Source: Promethearchaeota archaeon (GTDB lineage: Archaea > Asgardarchaeota > Lokiarchaeia > Sigyniarchaeales > SOKP01). Taken from it: a DNA stretch of 64,000 nt. This document shows, one piece after another, positions 1 through 9,108 of this stretch (the stretch's first letter is position 1; every line of letters begins with the position of its first letter). The position numbers were made by a program, and so were the translations under genes. The stretch spans positions 160,001-224,000 of the forward strand of contig JBHLOY010000004.1 in NCBI GenBank assembly GCA_048939995.1. The letters are read 5' to 3'. A model generated the notes under the pieces. The model made no database searches. It was not told the origin of the DNA and was given only the letters and a program-made list of their open reading frames with translations.

Positions 1-85
1 TTTAGAATCAAAAATCTTTTAGATTAAAATCAATTTTATACTCCTATCTTAGGGTATATTATCAACATATATTGGATTAAGCTTT

Positions 86-1333
86 ATGATAGGGAAAACT
101 CCAAGTAGCATTAAGTCATCAACCAATAGAAAAATATTCAAATATCGAACACTTGCACCACTTTGGATTGCGGTATTTATTGATATAATAGGGTTCTCCA
201 TGATATTACCCATGGCTCCTATTATCGCTGAAGATTTTGGAATAGAAATCTTTCTGATGGGGATCGCTCTTTCAGTAAATGCTATGTTTTCATTTATTTT
301 TGGACCGATATTAGGTAAATTGAGTGACCGATATGGGAGAAAACCATTGCTTTTAGTTTCACAAGCTGGTACGTTTGCAGGATTTTTAATGCTGGCTTTT
401 TCTAACTCTATTTGGATGATTATTATATCGCGCATAGTTGATGGAATTTTTGGTGGTAATTTTCCTATTGCAAAGGCAATTATCGGTGATGAGGTACCAC
501 CGAGAGACAGGAGCATCCAAATGGCAAATATTGGTGTAGCTCATGTATTAGCTTCTCTTATTGGACCTGGTTTAGGAGGTACTCTCTATTATATTGGTGG
601 GATATTGCTCCCTGGTTTGTTTGCTGCGGGATTATCGTTATTTACAATGATAATAACAGTGTTTATATTAGAAGAAACTTGGCCTAAATCAAAACGTAAG
701 CAATATCATGATATAAAGACTACAATTGTAGTTAAAATTAGAAAAAATAAAGTTGCAATGTTTTATTTAACGTTATTTGGGTTTCATACTGCTTCTTTCA
801 TGATTGCTATGGCATCATTATCATTTTTCGCTAGAATTGTATTTGGATTGAATGAATTCGAAATTGGTCTTTTATTGATGATTTCTGGGATTTTCCGGGC
901 AATAATTAGATTTACTCTTTTCAAACCAGCTATTAACAGATTTGGAGAGAATAACGCAATCCTCCTTGGATTAGCCATGTTTCTATTCTCATTCTTAATT
1001 GTAGGTTTTTCTATTTCAGTTATCATGTTCTTTATATTGATTTTGATAATTAGTTTTGCTGCATCTTTAACGAGAGGGCCATTAAATAGTAAAATCAGCC
1101 AATCGGTTTCACCTAGAGAACAAGGAAAAATTAATGGTTTTTCCTCTGGATTGGATAGCTTTGCACAAATTATTGGACCTTTAACTGGGACTTTTATGCT
1201 TAACTTTTTTGCTCCCTATTTCTTAAGCTTTGTATTAGGTTCAATCGCTTTAGTTCCTTTTCTCATGGGATTTAAAAAAATGGAATCAAAAAAGGATAGA
1301 TTGGCTAACCAAGAATTAACAATCGATCTATAA
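86..1333 (+). CDS. MFS transporter, TetA/DHA1-like
   Basis: ~12 TM helices; motif A GKLSDRYGRKP; GIFGGN and GPGLGG motifs. Confidence 0.9.
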   Translation: MIGKTPSSIKSSTNRKIFKYRTLAPLWIAVFIDIIGFSMILPMAPIIAEDFGIEIFLMGIALSVNAMFSFIFGPILGKLSDRYGRKPLLLVSQAGTFAGFLMLAFSNSIWMIIISRIVDGIFGGNFPIAKAIIGDEVPPRDRSIQMANIGVAHVLASLIGPGLGGTLYYIGGILLPGLFAAGLSLFTMIITVFILEETWPKSKRKQYHDIKTTIVVKIRKNKVAMFYLTLFGFHTASFMIAMASLSFFARIVFGLNEFEIGLLLMISGIFRAIIRFTLFKPAINRFGENNAILLGLAMFLFSFLIVGFSISVIMFFILILIISFAASLTRGPLNSKISQSVSPREQGKINGFSSGLDSFAQIIGPLTGTFMLNFFAPYFLSFVLGSIALVPFLMGFKKMESKKDRLANQELTIDL

Positions 1334-2200
1334 TTTTTTGTTTAAGACTTTTGCTCTTAGAAAATCTATGATATACTTATTAACTTCTGGAGCTTTTTCT
1401 AGAATAGATTGATGTGCTGCATTTTCTATTATTATCAACTTGCTGTTTGGAATTTGTTCATGCATTTTTAAATTCACTAATTTAGGTGTTGTTTTGTCTT
1501 TTTCAGCGCATAAAATAAGAACATCATTCTTAATTTCATGAAGTCTATTATATACTGTATGTGTTTTTACAGCTGCTAGTTGGTTTTTTATATCATCCAC
1601 AGTGGTAGGATTTGAAAGTCTTTCTTCCACAAGATCCTCAACTGACCATATATTATGAAACTTTCTTTTTGGATTTTGTACCATTAATTTCCAGAAAGGA
1701 CGTGAATAACTATACTTAGCACCTTGTAAAAAGTTATTCATGGGATCTTTCATAAATTTTTTTAGACCTTCAATAGCATTATTTTGATACATCTCAAAAC
1801 CTTTATCATTGAAGGTATTTGTAGTTTTAAGTCCAGGAAATGTATTTATCAAGACAATCTTATTCACTCGATTGGGATATTTCAACACAAAGTTTTGTAC
1901 TATCATTCCCCCAAACGAATGACCAATTATATGGGCTTTTTCCACCTTCAGGTAATCCATTAATGCATTTATGTCATCGGCATAAAGTTCCATAGTATAT
2001 GGTCCTTCTGGTCTATCCGATTTGCCAGCACCTCTGTTATCAAGTCGTATTACTTTGAAATATTTAGAAAAATCTCCTACTTGCGCACGAAAATGTTCCT
2101 TCTTATCACCAAACCCATGCACTAAAATGACTGGATATCCTTCACCTAATATTTCATAACAAATTTTAATACCATTTACCTTAGCGTAAGCTTCAGTCAT
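1328..2200 (-). CDS. alpha/beta hydrolase (tandem paralog 3)
   Basis: HGF oxyanion motif, GHSFGG nucleophile elbow, Asp (EKDK) and His (AAHQ). Confidence 0.9.
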   Translation of the reverse strand: MTEAYAKVNGIKICYEILGEGYPVILVHGFGDKKEHFRAQVGDFSKYFKVIRLDNRGAGKSDRPEGPYTMELYADDINALMDYLKVEKAHIIGHSFGGMIVQNFVLKYPNRVNKIVLINTFPGLKTTNTFNDKGFEMYQNNAIEGLKKFMKDPMNNFLQGAKYSYSRPFWKLMVQNPKRKFHNIWSVEDLVEERLSNPTTVDDIKNQLAAVKTHTVYNRLHEIKNDVLILCAEKDKTTPKLVNLKMHEQIPNSKLIIIENAAHQSILEKAPEVNKYIIDFLRAKVLNKKL

Positions 2201-2212
2201 ACTTTAAAACAT

Positions 2213-3064
2213 TTATTCCTTTAAAAATTGAATTATCGTTTTATTTACTTCAGGTGCTTTCGAGAGAGGAGAATTATGCCCCGCAAATTCAATTTGTTTT
2301 AAACTGCTATTTGGAATTGCCTTCTGCATTTCAATCATTGATTTACTAGAAGTTAATCTATCATGAGAAGAAGCAATCAACAAGGTTGGGTTTTTAACCT
2401 GTTTTAATTCTTCATATGTTATTGGTGGAAAGAGCGCATAAGATTGATTTATTATATCTTGAGGAGTTAGAGGATTTAAATTTTGAAGGGCTATTAAATC
2501 TTCAACTGACCATAAATCATGGAATTTTTTTTTAGGATTTGCTTCCATTTCTTTTCTAAATTTAATATAAAAACCTAAATGTGCACTTTTCCAAAATGCT
2601 TTCACTTGATCTATTTTTCTATATTCTAATTCTGCTAAATGATTATCTCTGATTATCTCAACACCTTTTTCGTCTGGGGCTCCTCTCACAGTATTAATCA
2701 AAACTAGCTTGTCTATATAACGAGGGTATTTAACTGCAAATTTTTGAACTATAATCCCTCCCATTGACCATCCGATAACATGAGCTTTCTCTATTTTTAG
2801 GTATTCCATTAACCCTTTAACGTCATCAGCAAGTATGTCCAAACTATTTGGTTTGTTTGGACGATCAGACTTACCCCCATTTCTATTATCAAATCTAATT
2901 ACTCTAAAATGTTCAGATAAAGGGTTCCACTGTCCGATCCACCATTCTTTTTGGCCTCCAAATCCATGTACTAATAGAACTGGGTATCCTTCACCCTTTT
3001 CTTCATAACATATCTTAATATTATTAACATCTGCATAGGATTCGTTCATTTTTACCACCTTCAT
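2213..3064 (-). CDS. alpha/beta hydrolase (tandem paralog 2)
   Basis: HGF, GWSMGG, SHDR, AGHN. Confidence 0.9.
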   Translation of the reverse strand: MKVVKMNESYADVNNIKICYEEKGEGYPVLLVHGFGGQKEWWIGQWNPLSEHFRVIRFDNRNGGKSDRPNKPNSLDILADDVKGLMEYLKIEKAHVIGWSMGGIIVQKFAVKYPRYIDKLVLINTVRGAPDEKGVEIIRDNHLAELEYRKIDQVKAFWKSAHLGFYIKFRKEMEANPKKKFHDLWSVEDLIALQNLNPLTPQDIINQSYALFPPITYEELKQVKNPTLLIASSHDRLTSSKSMIEMQKAIPNSSLKQIEFAGHNSPLSKAPEVNKTIIQFLKE

Positions 3065-3903
3065 TAACTTTTCAGAAAATTGATAATATTTTGATTAACT
3101 TCAGGAGCTTTTTCTTTTGGCGATCCATGACCTGCCTTTTCGATTACTATAAACTTACTATTAGGTATTCTTTCATAAATTTGCAGATTTACAGCTTTGG
3201 GCATTTGTTTATCTTTTTCAGCACAAATAATTAAAGTTTCATTCTTAATCCCATGTAATCTATCTAAAATATTATGATTTCCAAGTGCATAACCTTGATT
3301 TCTTATATCTTTTGGTGTAGCAGGACGAAAAGTTGTATCTTTAATTAAATCTTCTGTTGAAAAAAGACCAAAAAATTTCTTTTTCATATCTTCTTTCATC
3401 ATTTTCCTAAATTTTAGAGTATAACCACTAGGAGCAGAATCAAAAAATGCTTTAACGGGGTCATTTAACCTATTATTATATTTATCGATTTGACCATCCA
3501 AATATACATTTAATCCTGATTTATTCTCCGGCCATTTAGCTATCGTATTGATCAAAATAAGCTTCTTTACTCTAGATGGATATCTTACCGCGAAATGTTG
3601 TGCAATCATGCCACCAAAAGATTGCCCAATAATATGTGCTTTTTCAATTTTTAGAAAAATCATTAGTTCATTTAGATCATCAGCAAATAATTCCATTGTG
3701 TATGGTTGATCTGGGCGATCTGAAGCTCCTGATCCACGATTATCATATCTAATTACTTTAAAATGTTTAGATAAAGGACCGAATTGAGGTAACCAACTTT
3801 CTTTTTTAGATGCAAACCCGTGAATTAGAAAAAGGGGATCCCCTTCACCCTGAATCTCATAACAAATTTTAATTCCGTTTACATCCGCGAATAATTCAGT
3901 CAT
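3064..3903 (-). CDS. alpha/beta hydrolase (tandem paralog 1)
   Basis: HGF, GQSFGG, EKDK, AGHG. Confidence 0.9.
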   Translation of the reverse strand: MTELFADVNGIKICYEIQGEGDPLFLIHGFASKKESWLPQFGPLSKHFKVIRYDNRGSGASDRPDQPYTMELFADDLNELMIFLKIEKAHIIGQSFGGMIAQHFAVRYPSRVKKLILINTIAKWPENKSGLNVYLDGQIDKYNNRLNDPVKAFFDSAPSGYTLKFRKMMKEDMKKKFFGLFSTEDLIKDTTFRPATPKDIRNQGYALGNHNILDRLHGIKNETLIICAEKDKQMPKAVNLQIYERIPNSKFIVIEKAGHGSPKEKAPEVNQNIINFLKS

Positions 3904-3977
3904 AATTTAGCTAAATTATGGATTAAAAAATAATATTTCTATTTTAAATAAAAAGATTATGATAACTGGTTCTTTCT

Positions 3978-5030
3978 TCAGATTTTTGTAATTGATCTTC
4001 CACAGGTCTTACAATTTCCTTCAGAATCTAAATTTAGGATACTAATTGTATATCCAGAACGTTTAATTACCAATTCTGAACAATTAGGGCAATAAGTACT
4101 TTCATATTTTGAGTTTAATAAATTTCCTAGATAAACATATTCTAATCCCTCTCCTTTCGCAATTTCATATGCTTCATATAACAGTTTTTCTTTTGTAGGA
4201 TTATATAGATCATAGTCATGTGATTTATATTGTGGATAAAAGCGACTTAGATGGAGTGGAGTTTCTTGACCTAAATCATTTAAAATTCTCTGTGAGATTT
4301 CTTCTATAACTTTTTTTTCTGTATTAAAATTTTCGATCAAAAGTGTGGTTATTTCAACATGTACCCCCGATTCTTTTGCAAACTTAGCATTTCTCCATAT
4401 ATTCTCAATATCTGCTCCGCAAAATCTCTTAACCATCTTAGCATTCCCTTTAATGTCAATATTCATTGCATCTAATCCGTGTTTAATTAAATCTTGTAAA
4501 ACAAACTCAGTCATATAACCATTAGTTACATAAGTATTGTATAGACCTTGCGCTTTAGCTAATTTAAAAACTTCCAGGGAATATTCAAAAAGTAACGTAG
4601 GTTCATTAAAAGAAATTGAAGTTCCCTGGCAATTATACTGCATTGCTATATCTATTAGGGTTTCGGGAGGGATATAATTTTTAAACTTTTTAGCTATTTT
4701 AAAGATATCTTCTTTAGGATGTGAAAGATGATGATTCTGGCACCAAAAGCAGCTAAAATTACATCCATATGTCCCAACTGTGATAGCAGTTGAACCTGGA
4801 TAAAAATGATAGAGGGGTTTCTTTTCAATTGGATTAAAAGATAACGCTGGAATTAAGCCATATACAATAGTATAAATCTCACCATCAATATTTGTTCGGG
4901 TTTGGCAAAAACCTGAATTTCCAATAGCAATTTTACATTTGCGCTCGCAAATAAAACATTGAGATATCTTATCATTAAGTTTTTCTTGATATTTCGATCT
5001 CTTTTGAAATTTTGGATTAACTAAATCCAT
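3978..5030 (-). CDS. amrS: AmmeMemoRadiSam-system radical SAM enzyme (PFL-activase-like)
   Basis: N-terminal CxxC..C..C, PIEKKPLYHF, CNFSCFWCQN radical SAM motif, C-terminal CPNC..CKTC. Confidence 0.88.
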   Translation of the reverse strand: MDLVNPKFQKRSKYQEKLNDKISQCFICERKCKIAIGNSGFCQTRTNIDGEIYTIVYGLIPALSFNPIEKKPLYHFYPGSTAITVGTYGCNFSCFWCQNHHLSHPKEDIFKIAKKFKNYIPPETLIDIAMQYNCQGTSISFNEPTLLFEYSLEVFKLAKAQGLYNTYVTNGYMTEFVLQDLIKHGLDAMNIDIKGNAKMVKRFCGADIENIWRNAKFAKESGVHVEITTLLIENFNTEKKVIEEISQRILNDLGQETPLHLSRFYPQYKSHDYDLYNPTKEKLLYEAYEIAKGEGLEYVYLGNLLNSKYESTYCPNCSELVIKRSGYTISILNLDSEGNCKTCGRSITKI

Positions 5031-5041
5031 AAACTCTCAAT

Positions 5042-5323
5042 CTAAATTTTATGTAGATGATAGACATCAGGAGGTTTTTCTTCCCACTCTTCAAAAGGAT
5101 CATCTTTTACAGCATCTATCATTGCTGGTCTTGCTGCTAGCCAGTCCTCTTTTGAATCCCAAATAGCAAGTCCAACTAAAATGTTTTTATCTTCATCCTT
5201 GGTGGTATGAGCCATAATAAGTCCCTTCTTTTTTTCCATAGCTCTACCAAAGCGATGCATAGAATCAATTAAAAGTGATTCCTTTCCTTTTTGTGGATAA
5301 TGAATCGACATGTGAACAAACAT
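5042..5323 (-). CDS. ABM (antibiotic biosynthesis monooxygenase)/Dabb-fold protein
   Basis: 93 aa, ferredoxin-like pattern with WDSKEDW. Confidence 0.65.
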   Translation of the reverse strand: MFVHMSIHYPQKGKESLLIDSMHRFGRAMEKKKGLIMAHTTKDEDKNILVGLAIWDSKEDWLAARPAMIDAVKDDPFEEWEEKPPDVYHLHKI

Positions 5324-5547
5324 AACCTTCTACCTCATTAATTTACTTAGATTTGAAAATAATTCGTAATAAATGAAATAATCTAGAAAATAGACTTTTC
5401 ATTAAGGGTAAATTTAGGACATGCCTAATAATTTTTAGTAACAAATATTGCTTTTGTAAAAACGTTATTTTATTTAGATGAAAATTATCTTATTTAATAT
5501 TAGTTAAACTCAATATAAACTTTTAAGTATCGACTTTTAATTTGCTT

Positions 5548-6363
5548 TTAAGATGCCAGGATTAAAATCAGAATATATATAAATATCAAATTCCCTAAAA
5601 TTATCCCTGTGTCTTTTAACGAAGTTCTTCCTAATAAATCCTTTCTTGGTTTTCTGAAAATATATAATACTCCAAAAGGGAATATCAAAACTGGTAAAAC
5701 AAATAAATATTGAGTAATAATGATTGAGGTAAGGCTTATTCCTAAGGTAACTAATGAAGCAATCCACATAACAATCTGAGAAGATCTTGGTTTTAGTCTA
5801 GATAAAGCATCTCCATCAATCATTTCGTGCAACATTTGTCCAACAAACCCAGCAGCGGCTACTGGTATAATTATTAGCCATTCAGATATGCTAAGGTTTG
5901 GAAAATAACTCAAAAGTGTATCTCCTGCGTTTATCTTTACCATAAAGTAAGGTAAGAAAATATGAGATATGCCTAGTATTATATGGTTAATTATTACCAA
6001 TTTTTTGAAAAAGCAATAAAAGATAACCATGAATACAATTATTGCTAAGTAAACAGCTAAAATTGGGGTGTTAAAAATTTCATTCACAAAACATAAGGTT
6101 CCCAAAGTAAAAGAACTTAAAGCAAGAACTAATATTTCCTTACGTTGATAACCTTTAATCCGCTCCAGAGTTTCCTTTTCTTTAGGATTTTTCATATCAA
6201 TAACATCATTGAGTGTATTTCCCGTAATTGCATAGAAACCAAAACCAGCCAAAATCCAAATGTGAGTGATAATATCATAATTGTTAAGATATATGCATAA
6301 TAAACAAGGTATAAGAACAGAAAACAGATATTCAGCTCTAAGCAGTTTAAAACCCTTACTCAT
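5548..6363 (-). CDS. UbiA-family membrane prenyltransferase
   Basis: multi-TM; NTLNDVID Asp-rich motif; second acidic motif HEMIDGD. Confidence 0.7.
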   Translation of the reverse strand: MSKGFKLLRAEYLFSVLIPCLLCIYLNNYDIITHIWILAGFGFYAITGNTLNDVIDMKNPKEKETLERIKGYQRKEILVLALSSFTLGTLCFVNEIFNTPILAVYLAIIVFMVIFYCFFKKLVIINHIILGISHIFLPYFMVKINAGDTLLSYFPNLSISEWLIIIPVAAAGFVGQMLHEMIDGDALSRLKPRSSQIVMWIASLVTLGISLTSIIITQYLFVLPVLIFPFGVLYIFRKPRKDLLGRTSLKDTGIILGNLIFIYILILILAS

Positions 6364-6448
6364 AAAAAAAATACTCCTAAAATTGGTTTTATGTTTTAAT
6401 TTTAATTATTATTAAATTTAAGATTTTCAGAATTTATATCTTCAACAA

Positions 6449-7249
6449 TTAAAAGTACATCCTGATTGCTAAACCTATTAATACTATAGCAACAAAAAAC
6501 TGAAGATATACTTTTGGCATTTTTTTAGAAATTTTAGCTCCAATAATTGAGCCAAGAATTGCCCCAATCGCTATAATTAAACCTATTAAATAATTAATTT
6601 GCCCCAGAATACTTTTTATAATTGTATTATAGATAGCTGTAAGGAAAATAATAGATGTTGATATGGCTGTAGCATTATGAATTGGATATGCTAAAATAAT
6701 ATTAAGTACAGGTGTGTTTATGATTCCCCCTCCAATTCCTAGTAAATTAGCTGCAAATCCAGCCAATATAAATAACGGAATAGAGCTTTTAAGATTTGAT
6801 TTATATTCATGATCATTTAAAGAAAAATCTTGTTGAACTAGATCCTTTTTCTGTGAAGATCTATTAGTTTGGATTGCTTTATATATCATATTTCCTCCTG
6901 CAATGAGTAGAGTTGATGCAAATATCATTTTCAGAACCATATTATCAATTTGGATAAATAAAAAGAGTATGGTGCATAAAATACTCCCTAAAATAGAGAA
7001 TACAGCAAAAATTAATGAAAGTCTAATAGTTGTTCGTTTTTGTCTTAAATAGGTTATAAATCCTGCAGAAGATGACAATAAGATTACAAAGGTTGAGGTA
7101 TCAACAGCAATATTGATAGGAATTAGAAGTAATAAAGTAATAAATGTGACAAAAAACACCCCTCCACCAACACCGGCAATTACGCTAACGAATCCTGCTA
7201 AAAAGCCTAGGATTAATAAGAGGATAACTTGTAAAAAATCCATAAACAA
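6449..7249 (-). CDS. TauE/SafE (TSUP) sulfite-exporter family permease
   Basis: duplicated GVGGG / GIGGG motifs, 8 TM. Confidence 0.88.
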   Translation of the reverse strand: MFMDFLQVILLLILGFLAGFVSVIAGVGGGVFFVTFITLLLLIPINIAVDTSTFVILLSSSAGFITYLRQKRTTIRLSLIFAVFSILGSILCTILFLFIQIDNMVLKMIFASTLLIAGGNMIYKAIQTNRSSQKKDLVQQDFSLNDHEYKSNLKSSIPLFILAGFAANLLGIGGGIINTPVLNIILAYPIHNATAISTSIIFLTAIYNTIIKSILGQINYLIGLIIAIGAILGSIIGAKISKKMPKVYLQFFVAIVLIGLAIRMYF

Positions 7250-7373
7250 ATAAATACCCGATTTATCATAAATCTTCTCAAAAGGTAAATAAAAGAAAAA
7301 ATTAAAAATTAAATTCTAAAAAAGTTACTAATTTAGTAAGAGTATAATCTTAGATTATAACCTAAAAAGATAG

Positions 7374-7778
7374 TTGTTTCAGTCTATGCCCGATACCGAC
7401 GAAAATAAACTTGTCGTTAAACTTATTAAATGTTCTCGTTGCGGTAATCCTTTTATGATTAAAAAAGGAGAAAAAAGATCGGGTGAATTAATATGTGATA
7501 ATTGTATTAAGTTAGAACAAAGGAAGCGGCAATTATCGGATTCAATAATAGAATCTCAAAAGAAAATTGAAATTTCGATTGAGGAAATTAAAAATGAATT
7601 AAAATTAGCTAAATCATACTATAGAAAAGAATTCTTTAAAGAGAAGATTAAGGCTCAATCAGAAGCCCTGACTAAATCAGTCGAACTTCTACAAAAGATA
7701 AAAGAAACTAATGATGAAAAATATATTGAAGAATATAAGAAACTATTTGAGAAAATAAGAGAATCTTATCCAGACTAA
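7374..7778 (+). CDS. hypothetical zinc-ribbon + coiled-coil protein
   Basis: CSRC...CDNC followed by K/E-rich heptads; ATG at 7386 is an alternative start. Confidence 0.65.
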   Translation: MFQSMPDTDENKLVVKLIKCSRCGNPFMIKKGEKRSGELICDNCIKLEQRKRQLSDSIIESQKKIEISIEEIKNELKLAKSYYRKEFFKEKIKAQSEALTKSVELLQKIKETNDEKYIEEYKKLFEKIRESYPD

Positions 7779-8503
7779 ATTTTTTTTAGATAATAACAGA
7801 AAACTGGTATAAATAAGAAATAATTGCCTAAATCAATACTGGATCTTATTAGATTCAAATCAAATTGTTTTAAATTCAAAACCTCTTGAAAGAAGTCAAT
7901 TTCTTTATGCATGCTATCTTTGTCAATATTTGGAATCCATGGAAAACTAATACAGAGATGTTCAATAACTTTAAATTGATTTGAGAAAAATTGATTTAAT
8001 TTTCTTCCAACTGCAGGATCTGCTCCTAAATTTTTTAGGTTGTAAATTATTTCCATTCTTAAACTGGTATCAGGATGTTCAACTAAACCTCCAAAGTCGG
8101 GTTCCCCTAAAATTAAAAAAATGCCTTTATCCTCCAAGATTCTATAAATCTCTGAAAATGACTTTCGCAAATCCTTTATCCAGAGAAAGCTGAAATATGA
8201 TATAACTATATCGAAAGCTTTATCGTTGAATGTATTATTGGAAATATCCATAACCTCCAATATTGCTTTAATCATATTCTTTTCAAGATTGACCCTCGCA
8301 TATTCAATTTTAACTTCGTCATTATCTATACCATGTAATTTTAAACTATATTTAACTCCTATTTCTTTTAATAATTCTCCTGTACTGCATCCTATATGCA
8401 ATAAAGTATCTTTGTGTGAAAAAGTTGCCTTATTATACAAATTATCTCGCAATTCAGCTGTCCATTTTAGCTGTTCACTGAATCTTAAATCCCATTTCAT
8501 CAT
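7775..8503 (-). CDS. class I SAM-dependent methyltransferase
   Basis: LLHIGCSTG motif I variant, GID, FDIV, RILEDKG. Confidence 0.75.
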   Translation of the reverse strand: MMKWDLRFSEQLKWTAELRDNLYNKATFSHKDTLLHIGCSTGELLKEIGVKYSLKLHGIDNDEVKIEYARVNLEKNMIKAILEVMDISNNTFNDKAFDIVISYFSFLWIKDLRKSFSEIYRILEDKGIFLILGEPDFGGLVEHPDTSLRMEIIYNLKNLGADPAVGRKLNQFFSNQFKVIEHLCISFPWIPNIDKDSMHKEIDFFQEVLNLKQFDLNLIRSSIDLGNYFLFIPVFCYYLKKI

Positions 8504-8690
8504 TTCAATCTAAGAATTAAAAATATATAGTCTTAATTAAAAATATATCAAGTCTTCTATTTAAAAAGCTAGTCTATTGATACTTTAAAACAATTTTTAA
8601 TTTTTTTTAGTATTGTTTTTATAGAATCTACATTTCTAATTTAATTAAGTTGGATTTTTTTTAACAACCATAATATGCTAATTTTGGATT

Positions 8691-9101
8691 ATGCCTATAA
8701 ATCAAATTTCTGTATACCTTCCTAACAAACCTGGGCAACTTGCGGAATTTTTTGAGGCTTTAATGAACAATAAGATTTATATAAGGTCCTTAACAGTAGC
8801 TGAGACTGAAGAATACGGTTTGTTATTGCTTTTAGTGGATCAATTCGAAAAATGCGTTCGGCTTTTAGAAGATTCAGATATATTATTTTCGATTACTGAA
8901 GTTGTAGCTGTTAGAATTTCTGATAATATTTCAGCCCTCTATAAAATCGCTAAATTACTAGGAACGAATGATGTCAATATAGAATATCTTTATACGAGCA
9001 TAATTGATGATCAACCCTTAATCATTTTTAGATTAAATGATAATGAAAATGGTGCTGAAATTCTAAAGAAGAATGGTTATTCTGTAATTGAACATTTATA
9101 G
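8691..9101 (+). CDS. tandem ACT-domain protein (type often found beside aryl-CoA ligases)
   Basis: QISVYLPNKPGQLA and VNIEYLY ACT motifs. Confidence 0.85.
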   Translation: MPINQISVYLPNKPGQLAEFFEALMNNKIYIRSLTVAETEEYGLLLLLVDQFEKCVRLLEDSDILFSITEVVAVRISDNISALYKIAKLLGTNDVNIEYLYTSIIDDQPLIIFRLNDNENGAEILKKNGYSVIEHL

Positions 9102-9108
9102 AAATATT

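Noticed and set aside
49-1026. Antisense/shadow ORFs (49-516, 784-1026 and the many similar short ORFs overlapping real genes across the window)
   Set aside because: They lie wholly within well-supported CDSs and have no motifs; typical reverse-frame artefacts.
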